Assembly (NCBI GenBank): GCA_963668355.1 | Contig: OY764265.1 | Location: 2,336,001 to 2,400,000 of the forward strand | Length of the DNA: 64,000 nt | Direction of reading: 5' to 3' | Origin: Bdellovibrionota bacterium | GTDB lineage: Bacteria > Bdellovibrionota_G > JALEGL01 > DATDPG01 | Part shown: in pieces, positions 19,362 to 29,963 of the stretch | How the letters are laid out: every line of letters begins with the position of its first letter | Position numbering within the stretch: the stretch's first letter is position 1 | Notes under the pieces: model-generated | What the model saw: only the letters and a program-made list of their open reading frames with translations | What the model was told of the DNA's origin: nothing | Databases searched by the model: none | Program-made: the position numbers and the translations under genes

Positions 19362-19852
19362 GCCTCGGCTTTTCTTCAGAGAATGAGAAAAAGCTGACCG
19401 CGTTGATTTCCAGGTATCCGCGTTCGGATGCAGCACTGATCCCTGTTTTATGGCTGGCGCAACAGGAGTTTGGGCATTTGAATCAAGAAGTCAGGCAATT
19501 GGTGGCGCAGAAGGTCGGCGTCTCCGAAGCGCGGGTTGAGTCCGTCGTTTCCTTTTATACGATGTTTCACACCGAGAAGCTTGGGAAGTATCACCTTCAG
19601 ATTTGTCGGAACCTCTCTTGTTCTTTGTGCGGGGGCGACGAATTGCAGAAGGTTGTGAGTTCGGAGTTGGGCATACAACCGGGGGAGACCACCCCAGACG
19701 GATTGTTCTCGTATTCTCTTGTCGAGTGCTTGGCTGCATGTGGGGGGGCTCCCGCATTGCAGGTGAATTTTGATTATTATGAAAACGTGACCACGGATGG
19801 GTTAAAAGAACTCATTTCAAGCTTGAGGAAAAATGGAAAAGATTCTGACTAA
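19358..19852 (+). CDS. nuoE: NADH-quinone oxidoreductase subunit E
   Basis: FYTMF; CRNLSC; ECLAAC (2Fe-2S ligands). Confidence 0.95.
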   Translation: MSLGFSSENEKKLTALISRYPRSDAALIPVLWLAQQEFGHLNQEVRQLVAQKVGVSEARVESVVSFYTMFHTEKLGKYHLQICRNLSCSLCGGDELQKVVSSELGIQPGETTPDGLFSYSLVECLAACGGAPALQVNFDYYENVTTDGLKELISSLRKNGKDSD

Positions 19853-21107
19853 AAACTTCGAGCTGAAAAATTCGCATACCCTGGAGGTGTATGAGTCCAC
19901 AGGGGGTTATGCGGGTCTTCGTAAAGCGCTTTCCATGAAGCCAAAGGAGATTCAGGAAGAAGTGAAAGACTCCGGCCTTCGAGGACGCGGCGGCGCCGGA
20001 TTTCCCACGGGCATCAAGTGGGGATTCGTCCCCCCCAATACCACCAAACCCATTTATTTATGTGTGAATGCCGATGAAGGTGAACCTGGAACATTCAAAG
20101 ACCGAGAGATTTTGCTTCGCGATCCCCATCGTCTCATCGAAGGCATCGTGATTGCCTCGTTTGCGTTGAATGTCCACACGGCATTTGTCTATTTCCGGGG
20201 AGAATTCGTGTTGGAACGAAAGCGCTTTGACGAAGCCCTCGAAGAGGCCACACGAAAACACTTCGTTGGGAAAAACATACTGGGAAAGAAATATGATTTA
20301 GAAATCATTTCCCATATGGGGGCGGGGGCTTATATCTGTGGAGAGGAAACCGCGTTACTCAACTCTTTGGAGGGCTATCGAGGTCTCCCGCGAATCAAAC
20401 CTCCCTTTCCAGCTGTGGAAGGTCTCTTTGAATGTCCGACCATCATCAACAATGTCGAAACCTTGGCCAATATTCCTTTCATTGTCGAAAAAGGGGCCAA
20501 AGCGTTTCGAAAGTTTGGAACCGAAAAATCCACAGGAACACGTCTATTTGCGGTGAGCGGCCATGTCCAAAAACCGGGAGTTTTTGAATTGCCGATCAAC
20601 GTCTCTTTAATGGATCTCATTCACGACCATGCCGGAGGTTTGAAACCTGGTCGTCGGTTGAAGGCTGTGATCCCAGGAGGGTCTTCCGCTCCTGTTTTAC
20701 GAGCGGATGAATGCGATGTGAAGATGGATTACGAATCCCTGGCTGAAAAAGGAACCATGGCCGGATCCGGTGCCGTAATTGTAATGGATGACACGACGGA
20801 CATGGTCAAAGCGTTACGCATTCTCATGGAATTCTACGCCCATGAATCGTGTGGCCAATGCACGCCTTGTCGAGAGGGTTGCCGATGGCTGCTCAACTTG
20901 GTCCAAAGACTGGATCGTGGAGAGGCCCGACCCAAGGATCTCGATCTCTTATTTGAAATATGCAAACAGATGAAGGGAAAAACCATTTGTGTTTTCTCGG
21001 AGGCCGCTGCGGCCCCCATCGAAAGCTTTGTTACGAAATTCCGGGAAGAGTTTGTCGCGAAGATTTCTGAGACGAAAACCTTACCCATCGCGGAGGCTAC
21101 GGCATGA
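19833..21107 (+). CDS. nuoF: NADH-quinone oxidoreductase subunit F
   Basis: GRGGAGF; NADEGEPG; GAYICGEE; ESCGQCTPCREG. Confidence 0.97.
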   Translation: MEKILTKNFELKNSHTLEVYESTGGYAGLRKALSMKPKEIQEEVKDSGLRGRGGAGFPTGIKWGFVPPNTTKPIYLCVNADEGEPGTFKDREILLRDPHRLIEGIVIASFALNVHTAFVYFRGEFVLERKRFDEALEEATRKHFVGKNILGKKYDLEIISHMGAGAYICGEETALLNSLEGYRGLPRIKPPFPAVEGLFECPTIINNVETLANIPFIVEKGAKAFRKFGTEKSTGTRLFAVSGHVQKPGVFELPINVSLMDLIHDHAGGLKPGRRLKAVIPGGSSAPVLRADECDVKMDYESLAEKGTMAGSGAVIVMDDTTDMVKALRILMEFYAHESCGQCTPCREGCRWLLNLVQRLDRGEARPKDLDLLFEICKQMKGKTICVFSEAAAAPIESFVTKFREEFVAKISETKTLPIAEATA

Positions 21108-22165
21108 TTCTCTTTGATGATACGTGGTTGGGTGCGGTGTTGAGAATTGCCCTTGTGGTTGGGCTCGCGTTTGGGGGCTTTGTCTATGTGCTGGTGTATG
21201 CCGAACGCCGAGTGAGTGCTTTTTTGCAAGATCGATTGGGGCCCAATCGTGTGGGACCGTTCGGTTTGCTTCAAGGTTTGGCCGATGGAATCAAATTCTT
21301 TTTCAAAGAAGATGTCATGCCGGCGGGCGCACATAAGATTCTTTTCCTGGCGGCGCCTTTTGCCGCGGTCTTTCCGGCTATGATGGCCTTGGCCGTTCTT
21401 CCCTTGGGGGTGCGAAGAATTCAGGATCAATGGATTCCTCTTCAAATCGCAAATATAGATGTTGGGATTCTCTTTCTTCTATCCGTGGCTTCTCTCGGTG
21501 TGTTTTCCATCATTCTAGGAGGCTGGGCTTCCAATAGTAAATATCCCCTTTTGGGTAGCTTTCGGGCGGCCGCTCAAATGATCAGTTATGAAATACCGTT
21601 GGGGTTGGCGGTGATGAGTGTAATCGTTCTGGCGGGATCCGCTCGTCTGGTGGACATCGTGGAAATGCAAACGCATGCATGGTTTATTTTTCTTACCCCT
21701 TTAGGGTTTATTTTGTTTCTGGTTTCCATGTTTGCTGAAACGAATCGCTTGCCCTTTGACTTGCCCGAGGGGGAAACGGAAATCATCGGGTTTCATGCAG
21801 AATATTCCAGTATGAAGTTTGCGATGTTCTTCATGGCCGAATACGTGAATATGTTCACGATCTCGACACTCTTGGTTTTGTTATTTCTGGGAGGATGGGA
21901 GTTCCTTCCCTTTGTGAGTTGGAATGATGTGGGCTCCCTTTGGGGGATCGATTTCTACCGTCATCATGTTCTCTGGGTGATTCCAACCTTCTGGTTGCTC
22001 GGAAAGGTTTTGTTTTTCTTGTTTCTCTTTATTTGGGTGAGATGGACGCTTCCGCGATTTCGATATGATCAATTGATGAGTTTGGGATGGAAACGAATGA
22101 TTCCGTTGGGGCTTTTGAATCTCTTATGGGTCGTGATGGTTGCGGCAGGAATTGAGGTGTTTTGA
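21104..22165 (+). CDS. nuoH: NADH-quinone oxidoreductase subunit H
   Basis: RLGPNRVG; AQMISYE; ETNRLPFDLPE; PRFRYDQ. Confidence 0.97.
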   Translation: MILFDDTWLGAVLRIALVVGLAFGGFVYVLVYAERRVSAFLQDRLGPNRVGPFGLLQGLADGIKFFFKEDVMPAGAHKILFLAAPFAAVFPAMMALAVLPLGVRRIQDQWIPLQIANIDVGILFLLSVASLGVFSIILGGWASNSKYPLLGSFRAAAQMISYEIPLGLAVMSVIVLAGSARLVDIVEMQTHAWFIFLTPLGFILFLVSMFAETNRLPFDLPEGETEIIGFHAEYSSMKFAMFFMAEYVNMFTISTLLVLLFLGGWEFLPFVSWNDVGSLWGIDFYRHHVLWVIPTFWLLGKVLFFLFLFIWVRWTLPRFRYDQLMSLGWKRMIPLGLLNLLWVVMVAAGIEVF

Positions 22166-22668
22166 TGGCTTCCATGGCCTTCTACTTTTTTGGCGCCTTG
22201 GCCGTTTTGTTTTCCATCCTGGTCATCTCGCTTCGAAATCCGATTACGAGTGCTCTGTCGCTGGTCGTAAGCTTCTTTGCAGTGTCTGGCGTTTTTGTTT
22301 TGCTTCATGCCCCTTTCTTGGCCGTCATTCAAATCCTTGTATACGTGGGGGCCATTTTGGTTTTGTTTCTTTATGTCTCCATGTTGTTGCGATTGAAAAG
22401 TGCGGAGGTTTCTACTTCGAAACAAAAAATTCAACGGTACATGGGTTTTGTATTGGCTCCTTTAATGTTGGTCTGGTTTTTAGCGGCCATCGATTTGCCA
22501 CGAGGGGAGGCGCCTCGATTGGTCAAGGAGTTTGGTTCCATTGCTTCCGTGGGAGAGGTGTTACTGAAGCCTCAATTCTTATTGTTTGAGTTTGTTTCGG
22601 TGGTGCTCTTGGTGGCCATCATTGGTGCGGTTTTGTTGACCACTCGGACCCAGAAGGAGGCAGAATGA
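22165..22668 (+). CDS. nuoJ: NADH-quinone oxidoreductase subunit J
   Basis: QILVYVGAILVLFL. Confidence 0.94.
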   Translation: MASMAFYFFGALAVLFSILVISLRNPITSALSLVVSFFAVSGVFVLLHAPFLAVIQILVYVGAILVLFLYVSMLLRLKSAEVSTSKQKIQRYMGFVLAPLMLVWFLAAIDLPRGEAPRLVKEFGSIASVGEVLLKPQFLLFEFVSVVLLVAIIGAVLLTTRTQKEAE

Positions 22669-22970
22669 TTGTCCCTCTTTCTCATGTTTTACTGCTGAGT
22701 GCGATTCTTCTCGTGATTGGGCTGGTGGGGTTTTTAATTCGTAGGGATGCCATTACGGTCTTTTTATCCGTCGAAATCATATTGAACGCCGCCAATGTTG
22801 CCTTCATTGGGTTCTCCCGTTTTTTGGGAGATGAATTGGGACAAGTTGTGGCCTTTGTGGTGATCGCGGCCGCTGCGGCAGAAGCCGCCATTGGTCTGGC
22901 ATTGGTGGTTCGTTTGGAAAATGAAAAACGCACCTTGGAATTGGATGATCTGAAGGATTTGAAGGGGTAG
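22665..22970 (+). CDS. nuoK: NADH-quinone oxidoreductase subunit K
   Basis: EIILNAAN; AAEAAIGLA. Confidence 0.95.
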   Translation: MIVPLSHVLLLSAILLVIGLVGFLIRRDAITVFLSVEIILNAANVAFIGFSRFLGDELGQVVAFVVIAAAAAEAAIGLALVVRLENEKRTLELDDLKDLKG

Positions 22971-22973
22971 GGC

Positions 22974-24860
22974 ATGGAATCGAATGTGTTTTATATGCTC
23001 TTATGGCCCTTGTTGGGTTCTGCCTTTCTGGGCTTGAGTCATTTAGCTTTTCCAGGCCGATTGAATCGCTGGGCTGGATGGATTGCCTCCGGAGCCATTT
23101 TGTTGGCCTTTTTCAATGCCTATGAATTGGCCAAAGCTCATTTTTTTGGCTCAGCTGAGCCGCTTCTGACCTCTCTGGGAGATTGGATTGTCATTGGCGA
23201 TTTTCATTTACGTGCGTCCTTTTATTTGGATGGTCTTTCTTCCATTCTAGCCATGATGGTCACCGGAGTGAGCTTTCTCATCCATGTCTATTCGATTGGT
23301 TATATGTCGCATGACGAAGGTCGATCAAAGTACTTTTCTTATCTCAACCTTTTCGTGATGTTCATGCTCATTTTGGTGACGGCTTCTTCTTTGCCGGTTT
23401 TGTTTGTGGGTTGGGAAGGCGTAGGTCTTTGCAGTTATTTACTCATTGGCTTTTGGTTTACGGATCCAGAAAAAGCCAAGGCTGGAAAAAAAGCTTTTCT
23501 TGTGAACCGAGTGGGAGATGCCGGCGTTTTGTTGGCGATGTTTTTGATTTATACCACCTTTGGAACTCTGGAAATGCAGGAGGTGGTTCGTCTGAGTTCC
23601 TCCGTTCCTCTCTATTATAGATGGGTCCTTGAGCTGATCGGGATTCTTCTGTTTGTGGGGTGTATGGGAAAATCCGCCCAATTCCCCCTGTATGTTTGGC
23701 TTCCGGATGCGATGGCGGGTCCTACGCCCGTTTCGGCGTTGATTCATGCGGCCACAATGGTGACTGCGGGAGTCTATCTTTTGGGAAGAATGTCAGGGCT
23801 GTATGCGTTGGCTCCGATGGCGAGTTCCGTGATTGCTTGGGTGGGAGCGTTTACGGCCGTTTTTGCAGCCACAATCGCCATTGCGCAACAAGATATTAAA
23901 AAGGTGCTAGCGTTCTCAACGGTCAGTCAATTGGGCTTTATGGTTTTGGCTATGGGAGTGGGGGCTTATTGGGCTGGGATCTTTCACTTGCTCACCCACG
24001 CCTTCTTCAAAGCACTCTTGTTCATGGCAGCTGGATCCGTGATTCATGCTCTGGATGGAGAGCAAGACATGAAACATATGGGTGGATTGAGGATCTATCT
24101 CATTGGGACCACGGTTCTCTTTGCAGTCGGGGGCTTAGCCTTGGTGGGGTTCCCCGGTTTCAGTGGATACTTTAGTAAAGACGCCATTCTTTATGGAGCG
24201 GTTGAGAACCATCAGATGGGCGTGTTTGTGTTGGGATTCATCGCCGCGCTGTTCACGGCAGTCTATACAACGCGCTTGTTTGCTTCCGTGTTTTTTGGCG
24301 TTTCGAGAATTCCCAAAGAGTCTTTGCCTCAAATTCATGAGTCTCCTCCTGTGATGTTGTGGCCCATGGGTTTTTTGGCTGTCCTTTCTGTTTTTGGAGG
24401 TCTTCTTCCTTTGGCGGACGGGTTGAAGCGTTTCTTCGGTGTATCCGAAGTACATGCACATCATGGATTGCCATTCTCAGAGGGGCAATTGGCTTTGGTT
24501 GTGTCCGTGGTTGTGTTGTTCTTGATTTGGTTTACCTACAAACTCTTCATTGATTGGACGAACACGTTGGATCGTCTGGAAAGGGCGACTCGCGGGCTCA
24601 AAGATTTGCTCTCCAAACAATATCATTATGACGATCTGGTGATGTTCCTTGGGGGGGCGATGACCGTCTTCCTCGCGTGGCTGGCTCGATTGTTTGATGG
24701 GAAAGTCATTGATCGACGACTGGATCAGGTGGCTGGAACCATTCGTGGAATGGGACATGTTGTGGCTCGTTGGCAAAACGGTTTGGTTCAGTCCTATGCG
24801 TTGATCATGATTTTGGGAATGGTTCTTGTGGCTTTGGCATTGGTGTGGGGTGTAAAATGA
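22974..24860 (+). CDS. nuoL: NADH-quinone oxidoreductase subunit L
   Basis: GWEGVG; KSAQFPL; WLPDAMAGPTPVSALIHAATMV. Confidence 0.97.
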   Translation: MESNVFYMLLWPLLGSAFLGLSHLAFPGRLNRWAGWIASGAILLAFFNAYELAKAHFFGSAEPLLTSLGDWIVIGDFHLRASFYLDGLSSILAMMVTGVSFLIHVYSIGYMSHDEGRSKYFSYLNLFVMFMLILVTASSLPVLFVGWEGVGLCSYLLIGFWFTDPEKAKAGKKAFLVNRVGDAGVLLAMFLIYTTFGTLEMQEVVRLSSSVPLYYRWVLELIGILLFVGCMGKSAQFPLYVWLPDAMAGPTPVSALIHAATMVTAGVYLLGRMSGLYALAPMASSVIAWVGAFTAVFAATIAIAQQDIKKVLAFSTVSQLGFMVLAMGVGAYWAGIFHLLTHAFFKALLFMAAGSVIHALDGEQDMKHMGGLRIYLIGTTVLFAVGGLALVGFPGFSGYFSKDAILYGAVENHQMGVFVLGFIAALFTAVYTTRLFASVFFGVSRIPKESLPQIHESPPVMLWPMGFLAVLSVFGGLLPLADGLKRFFGVSEVHAHHGLPFSEGQLALVVSVVVLFLIWFTYKLFIDWTNTLDRLERATRGLKDLLSKQYHYDDLVMFLGGAMTVFLAWLARLFDGKVIDRRLDQVAGTIRGMGHVVARWQNGLVQSYALIMILGMVLVALALVWGVK

Positions 24861-26389
24861 GCGGTCACTTGTTGAGTTGGGTCATTTTTCTTCCCCTTCT
24901 TTTCGCCACGGTTCTTCTTTGGATTCCGCGCCGCTTTGATCGAGCATTTTATTTTTTAGGCGTTGGAGCTTCGGCCCTTACGTTTGCTCTTTCTCTTCAC
25001 CTCTTTGGAGAGTTTATTCCGGGCGAATTCGGCTTTCAATTCCAAGAGCGGGTGGATTGGATTTCTTCCTTTGGCATTTCTTATTTTGTTGGCATCGATG
25101 GGGTTGGACTCGTTTTGGTGGTGTTGAGTGCACTCCTGACCTTGGTGGCCTTGCTTTCCACATGGACGGCGGTGAAGGCCAGAAGAAAAGAATTCGTCAT
25201 TGCATGTTTGGTCTTGGAAACGGCGATGATTGGAACGTTTGCAGCCATGGACGTTTTCCTCTTTTATGTATTTTGGGAAGCCGTTTTGGTTCCCATGTAC
25301 ATGCTGATTGGCGTGTTTGGCGGAAAACGGCGCATTTATGCCACGCTCAAGTTCTTTCTCTACACAATGGCGGGCTCTGTTTTGATGTTGGTTGGTTTGT
25401 TGACCGTTTATTCCATGCACATTACGCAGTTTGGGTTTGCCTCGACATCCATTCCTGATTTGCTTCAGGTCGGAATCACTCTTTCGGATCAGATGTGGTT
25501 GTTCATTCTCTTCTTCATTGCTTTTGCCATCAAAATTCCCATTTTCCCCTTTCATACTTGGCTGCCCGATGCCCATGTGGAAGCGCCGACCGCGGGAAGT
25601 ATTATTTTGGCCGGAGTTTTGTTGAAAATGGGTGGATATGGATTGATTCGATTGGCCATTCCTCTTTTTCCTTTGGCCGCGCATTTTCTTGCTCCTTGGA
25701 TTGCTCTTCTCGCCGTCGTTGGGATCATCTACGGAGGTTTAGTGGCACTGGCTCAGGAGGATGTGAAAAAACTCATTGCTTATTCCAGTGTGAGTCATAT
25801 GGGATTCGTCGTGCTGGGTTTGGCCTCTTTGAATGCGGTGAGCATGGGGGGGGCGGTCTTTGTCATGATCGCTCATGGAATAACGACGGGCGCGCTCTTT
25901 CTGCTCGTGGGAATGGTTTATGAACGTCGCCATACTCGATTGATGGCCGACTTTGGAGGCTTGGCGAAATCGATGCCTTGGTATGCCGCGGGCTTTTTAT
26001 TCATCACATTGGGTTCCATCGGTCTTCCCGGACTCTGTGGCTTTGTCGGGGAGTTTTTGGTTCTCAATGGTTCCTTCCATGCGTTGGTTCTAAAACATCC
26101 AGCATGGCTTGTCGGGTTTTCGGTATTGGGCATTGTCATTGGTGCGGGCTATATGCTCTGGATGTTCGAGCGGGTTTTTTATGGGCCTTTGAAATTTGAA
26201 GAAAACAAGAAACTACAGGATCTGAAGATTGTAGAAGTGGTTTCTTTGGTTGTTCCCATTGCACTAACCCTATGGCTGGGTGTGAGACCGGGTGTGGTTT
26301 TGTCTAGAATATCTCCGGCCATGGAAGAACTTTCGAATCATGTTCAGTCCCATGTCACGCGTTATGAAACCGGAAAGGAAGTGGAGTGA
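24857..26389 (+). CDS. nuoM: NADH-quinone oxidoreductase subunit M
   Basis: HTWLPDAHVEAPT; IAYSSVSHMG; ATGA overlap with nuoL. Confidence 0.97.
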   Translation: MSGHLLSWVIFLPLLFATVLLWIPRRFDRAFYFLGVGASALTFALSLHLFGEFIPGEFGFQFQERVDWISSFGISYFVGIDGVGLVLVVLSALLTLVALLSTWTAVKARRKEFVIACLVLETAMIGTFAAMDVFLFYVFWEAVLVPMYMLIGVFGGKRRIYATLKFFLYTMAGSVLMLVGLLTVYSMHITQFGFASTSIPDLLQVGITLSDQMWLFILFFIAFAIKIPIFPFHTWLPDAHVEAPTAGSIILAGVLLKMGGYGLIRLAIPLFPLAAHFLAPWIALLAVVGIIYGGLVALAQEDVKKLIAYSSVSHMGFVVLGLASLNAVSMGGAVFVMIAHGITTGALFLLVGMVYERRHTRLMADFGGLAKSMPWYAAGFLFITLGSIGLPGLCGFVGEFLVLNGSFHALVLKHPAWLVGFSVLGIVIGAGYMLWMFERVFYGPLKFEENKKLQDLKIVEVVSLVVPIALTLWLGVRPGVVLSRISPAMEELSNHVQSHVTRYETGKEVE

Positions 26390-27837
26390 TGTTCAACTTC
26401 TTTTCTCCTCAAGATTTCGTGGCACTCAAACCATTTTTTGCTCTGTGCATTGGCGCCATGTTTACGCTATTGGTTTCGTTGACGTTAAAAGGAGAGCGAG
26501 GCCAAAAGTTGATGTTACTGGTTGGCTTGGTTTCTACGCTCACCTCTTTGTACTTTTTTTCTGAACTGGAACTTCCGAGTTTGTTCTTTGGCCTTCAAAT
26601 GGTCGGAGATAAATTCAGTTTGGGTTTTGGCGTTGCCTTGCTGATTCTTCTTTTCTTATCCTTGCCCATCGTTTCTTTGGCCAAGGGGATGGATTCAACG
26701 CATTTGGGCGGCGTATATGGACTTCTGATCTTTAGTGGCGTGGGTGGTTTGCTCATGATCATGTCCAACCAGCTCATTCTGTTCTTTGTGGGCTTGGAGA
26801 TCCTATCCCTTCCCCTGTATGTGTTGACGGCCTTTGGGCGCAAAGAGGACCATCGGAGCGAAGCGGCCTTCAAGTATTTCATTTTGGGAGCTTTGGCTTC
26901 CGCACTATTTGTCTATGGGGCTGCATTGCTTTGGGGAGGCTTAGGAACCCTATTGATCACAGAGATGCCCTTGGCCATACGGGCGTTGGAGGGGGATGGT
27001 CAAGGAATGGTTCTCATGGGAGGCCTTCTCGTTTTTGTCGCGATCGGATTTAAATTGGGATTGGTTCCCTTTCACATGTGGTTGCCGGATGTTTACCAAG
27101 GTGCTCCAGCTTCCGTTGTGGCCTGGATGTCCGGAGCTGTAAAGATTGCAGCCTTTCCGGTGCTTTTAAGACTCTTTGGGCAAGGCCTCTTGGAGACCTC
27201 CTCTAATTGGCTATTGGTTTTTTCTTGGGTTGCTTGTCTGTCCATGCTGGTCGGGAGTTTGGCCGCCCTCAAACAAGTCGAGCTCAAGCGAATGTTGGCC
27301 TATTCCTCCATTGCTCATGCCGGATATGCTTTGATTGCAGTGATGTGCGCGTCCACAGGTGATTTGCAAATGTCCGGGGGAGCGCTGGTTTTCTATTTGG
27401 TTGTCTACGCTTTGGCCAGCTTAGCGTCTTTCGTTGTGGTCGCTCTGGAAGAACAAGAGGGTCGAAGCCGGGTGAAGGATTTGGCGGGTTTGGCGAAACG
27501 AAGACCTGCTCTTGCTTTTATTTTGGCCATTGCCTTGTTATCCCTCGCGGGGATTCCACCCTTGGGAGGATTCATCGGGAAATTCAATCTTTTCGCTTTG
27601 GCGGTGGTTCAACAATTCTATGCGGTGGTTTTCATTGCTGTGGCCACGTCGGTCATTTCCTTGGCCTACTATCTTGGAATCCTGGTTTCAGCCTATATGC
27701 AGGAGTCTGAAGCGTTCAAGTGTACGAGAATGAAATTCAGTGTTCGTTTGACCTTGGGGATTGCGGCGTTAGCGATTGTCTTTTTAGGGGTTTTGCCGGG
27801 CGATATCCTTTCCTTCCTCATGAATGTCATTCCCTAG
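26389..27837 (+). CDS. nuoN: NADH-quinone oxidoreductase subunit N
   Basis: PFHMWLPDVYQGAP; KRMLAYSSIAH; SLAGIPP. Confidence 0.96.
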   Translation: MFNFFSPQDFVALKPFFALCIGAMFTLLVSLTLKGERGQKLMLLVGLVSTLTSLYFFSELELPSLFFGLQMVGDKFSLGFGVALLILLFLSLPIVSLAKGMDSTHLGGVYGLLIFSGVGGLLMIMSNQLILFFVGLEILSLPLYVLTAFGRKEDHRSEAAFKYFILGALASALFVYGAALLWGGLGTLLITEMPLAIRALEGDGQGMVLMGGLLVFVAIGFKLGLVPFHMWLPDVYQGAPASVVAWMSGAVKIAAFPVLLRLFGQGLLETSSNWLLVFSWVACLSMLVGSLAALKQVELKRMLAYSSIAHAGYALIAVMCASTGDLQMSGGALVFYLVVYALASLASFVVVALEEQEGRSRVKDLAGLAKRRPALAFILAIALLSLAGIPPLGGFIGKFNLFALAVVQQFYAVVFIAVATSVISLAYYLGILVSAYMQESEAFKCTRMKFSVRLTLGIAALAIVFLGVLPGDILSFLMNVIP

Positions 27838-27841
27838 GAAC

Positions 27842-28426
27842 ATGCCTGCCAATCTCCCAAAACTTGCGGTCTTGGCCTCGGGAGAGGGGAGTAATCTTCA
27901 AGCCATTCTGGATGAAATTGCGTGTGGAAAAATCCTGGCTCAAATTGTTTTAGTGATTTCGGATAAGAGAAAGTCTCGAGCTCTGGAAAGGGCTCGGAGG
28001 TCGGGGATTCGAGATCTCCACATTTCCAAAAGAGATTTTCCAGACCGCGAGCAATTTGATGCAAAAATCGTAAGTCATCTAAAGGCTGCCGAGGTGGATT
28101 GGGTGGTGCTGGCCGGTTTCATGCGGATCTTAAGTCCCGTGTTTGTCCAAGCCTATCCGGGAAGGATTTTGAACATCCATCCCGCCTTGCTGCCCAAATA
28201 CCCAGGGATTCATTCCATTGAGAGGGCGTATCAAAATCGGGACCCGGAAACAGGGGTTACAGTCCACTTTGTGGACGAAGGGGTGGATACGGGCCCCATC
28301 ATCTTACAGGAGGCCCTTCCGATTCATCCGGGAGAATCTCTTGAAGAGTTGACGGAACGAGTTCATGCGATAGAACATCGATTATATCCAGAAGCCATTC
28401 GAAACGTGTTGGCGGGTGAAAAATAG
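27842..28426 (+). CDS. purN: Phosphoribosylglycinamide formyltransferase
   Basis: SGEGSNLQA; LAGFMRIL; NIHPALLP; GVTVHFVDEGVDTG. Confidence 0.95.
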   Translation: MPANLPKLAVLASGEGSNLQAILDEIACGKILAQIVLVISDKRKSRALERARRSGIRDLHISKRDFPDREQFDAKIVSHLKAAEVDWVVLAGFMRILSPVFVQAYPGRILNIHPALLPKYPGIHSIERAYQNRDPETGVTVHFVDEGVDTGPIILQEALPIHPGESLEELTERVHAIEHRLYPEAIRNVLAGEK

Positions 28427-28428
28427 AC

Positions 28429-29907
28429 ATGAAGATTCGAAACTATGACGTGTGTGTGTTGGGAGACGGTTTAGGAGGTCTCATTTCTGCACTCATGTTG
28501 CAAAAACAGAGGGCCAAAGTCGCCGTCTTGGTCAGTCGAAACATGGGCTTTGATCCAACATCTTGTGAGTTTCTAAATGGTTTTACACTTAAACCAGTCT
28601 TGAAGCGCGTTGGATTTCATCCCACAGAAGTCAATGCCATTCCTCCATTGAATGCTCCCCTCCAAATCGTGTTTGCCGATCACCGTGTGGATTGTTACGG
28701 GAAGGAAGATCGTTTCGAGAGAGAACTGAATCGAGAATTTCCTCAGCGGGCGCCACAAATCTCTCAACTCTTTCGGGAAAGCTATGGGAGATTGGGTGTC
28801 TTCCAACATCTTTTTAATAGTCGGGTTCCTTTGCCTCCCAAAGGGATCATGGCGAAGCGCCAATTCAATAAACTTTTGGACCAATTGGTGGATGGTCAGC
28901 TTTTGGCAGATCGCCCTTTGAGCCAGGAGTTGAAAAGTTTTGATGTTGGGGATGATTTTTCAAGAGCCGTTAATGCCATGGAACTCGCCATGAGTCGTAT
29001 GATTACGCCTTGGACCAGCGGGGCTCGGTTGGCCCACTTGCTGACATTGGTGAGGTGGGAAGGTTACTCGGCTCCGGAGGGTGTTCGTTCCATTCGGGAC
29101 ATGTTGCTTCGTCGATTAAAAGAGCGTGGCGGGGTGGTTTTGGAGTACGACGAAATAAAAGAAATTGAACTGGAAAGAAACACGTTGGGAACCTTCCTGT
29201 TGAGTGGCGCTGAATGGGACGGCGTAGTTGCGGACACGGTACTTGTGGCGGGAGATCCAAGAGGGTTGATTGCTTATGCAAAAGAACGACGCCCTTTTCG
29301 AAAATGGATGAATGAGATCAATAAGCTTCCGATATACGCACGAAAAGTGTTTCAACGTTATCGAATCAGTGCGAAGGGCATCCCCATGGGGATGCAACAA
29401 CAAGGGTTGATTCTTCCAGATGCTCCCCCTTCAGAGATGGTAGACCGAAGAAGATGGGTGAGGGCGGTTCGTTATGTGGTTCAGCATTCCAGAGGAAATG
29501 GATCCGGACCGGAAGTTCATTTGGGTCTTACGGCCTATTTGCCTCCAGAGGGAGAGGGGCCAGGGAAAGGCCAAATTTCGGAAGAAATTCGGCGGAATGT
29601 TCAACGACTCATTCCGTTTTTGGAAGAACATCTTGTGGAAGAGCCTGAAGACCCGTTCATTCCGGACCCCGAAGGAAAGCCAGGGGATTTTAGACAGGGG
29701 CTGATTTATACGTCGAAAACACCCAGAACGTTAGGTGTGATGGGAGTGGAGATTGAGACCCCTTTGAAGAATACGTTTTTGGCAGGGGATATGATTTTTC
29801 CTGGATTGGGACTGGATGGAGAAATCATTGCAGGTCTGCAAGCTACCCACTACGTCGACGCCTATCTCAAAAAACATGGCCGCAAAGGCCCCAAACTCGC
29901 CCGCTGA
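28429..29907 (+). CDS. FAD-dependent oxidoreductase (phytoene dehydrogenase-like)
   Basis: N-terminal VLGDGLGGL; C-terminal TPLKNTFLAGDMIFPGLG. Confidence 0.7.
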   Translation: MKIRNYDVCVLGDGLGGLISALMLQKQRAKVAVLVSRNMGFDPTSCEFLNGFTLKPVLKRVGFHPTEVNAIPPLNAPLQIVFADHRVDCYGKEDRFERELNREFPQRAPQISQLFRESYGRLGVFQHLFNSRVPLPPKGIMAKRQFNKLLDQLVDGQLLADRPLSQELKSFDVGDDFSRAVNAMELAMSRMITPWTSGARLAHLLTLVRWEGYSAPEGVRSIRDMLLRRLKERGGVVLEYDEIKEIELERNTLGTFLLSGAEWDGVVADTVLVAGDPRGLIAYAKERRPFRKWMNEINKLPIYARKVFQRYRISAKGIPMGMQQQGLILPDAPPSEMVDRRRWVRAVRYVVQHSRGNGSGPEVHLGLTAYLPPEGEGPGKGQISEEIRRNVQRLIPFLEEHLVEEPEDPFIPDPEGKPGDFRQGLIYTSKTPRTLGVMGVEIETPLKNTFLAGDMIFPGLGLDGEIIAGLQATHYVDAYLKKHGRKGPKLAR

Positions 29908-29963
29908 TCCCTATCAAAAGTGAATCCCACTTTTGTGGCACAGTTTGTGATTTAGGGTTCGGT

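Noticed and set aside
29936..29950. TGGCAC sigma54-like -24 element before radC
   Set aside because: The -12 element reads GTGA and the implied start would nearly coincide with the ATG.
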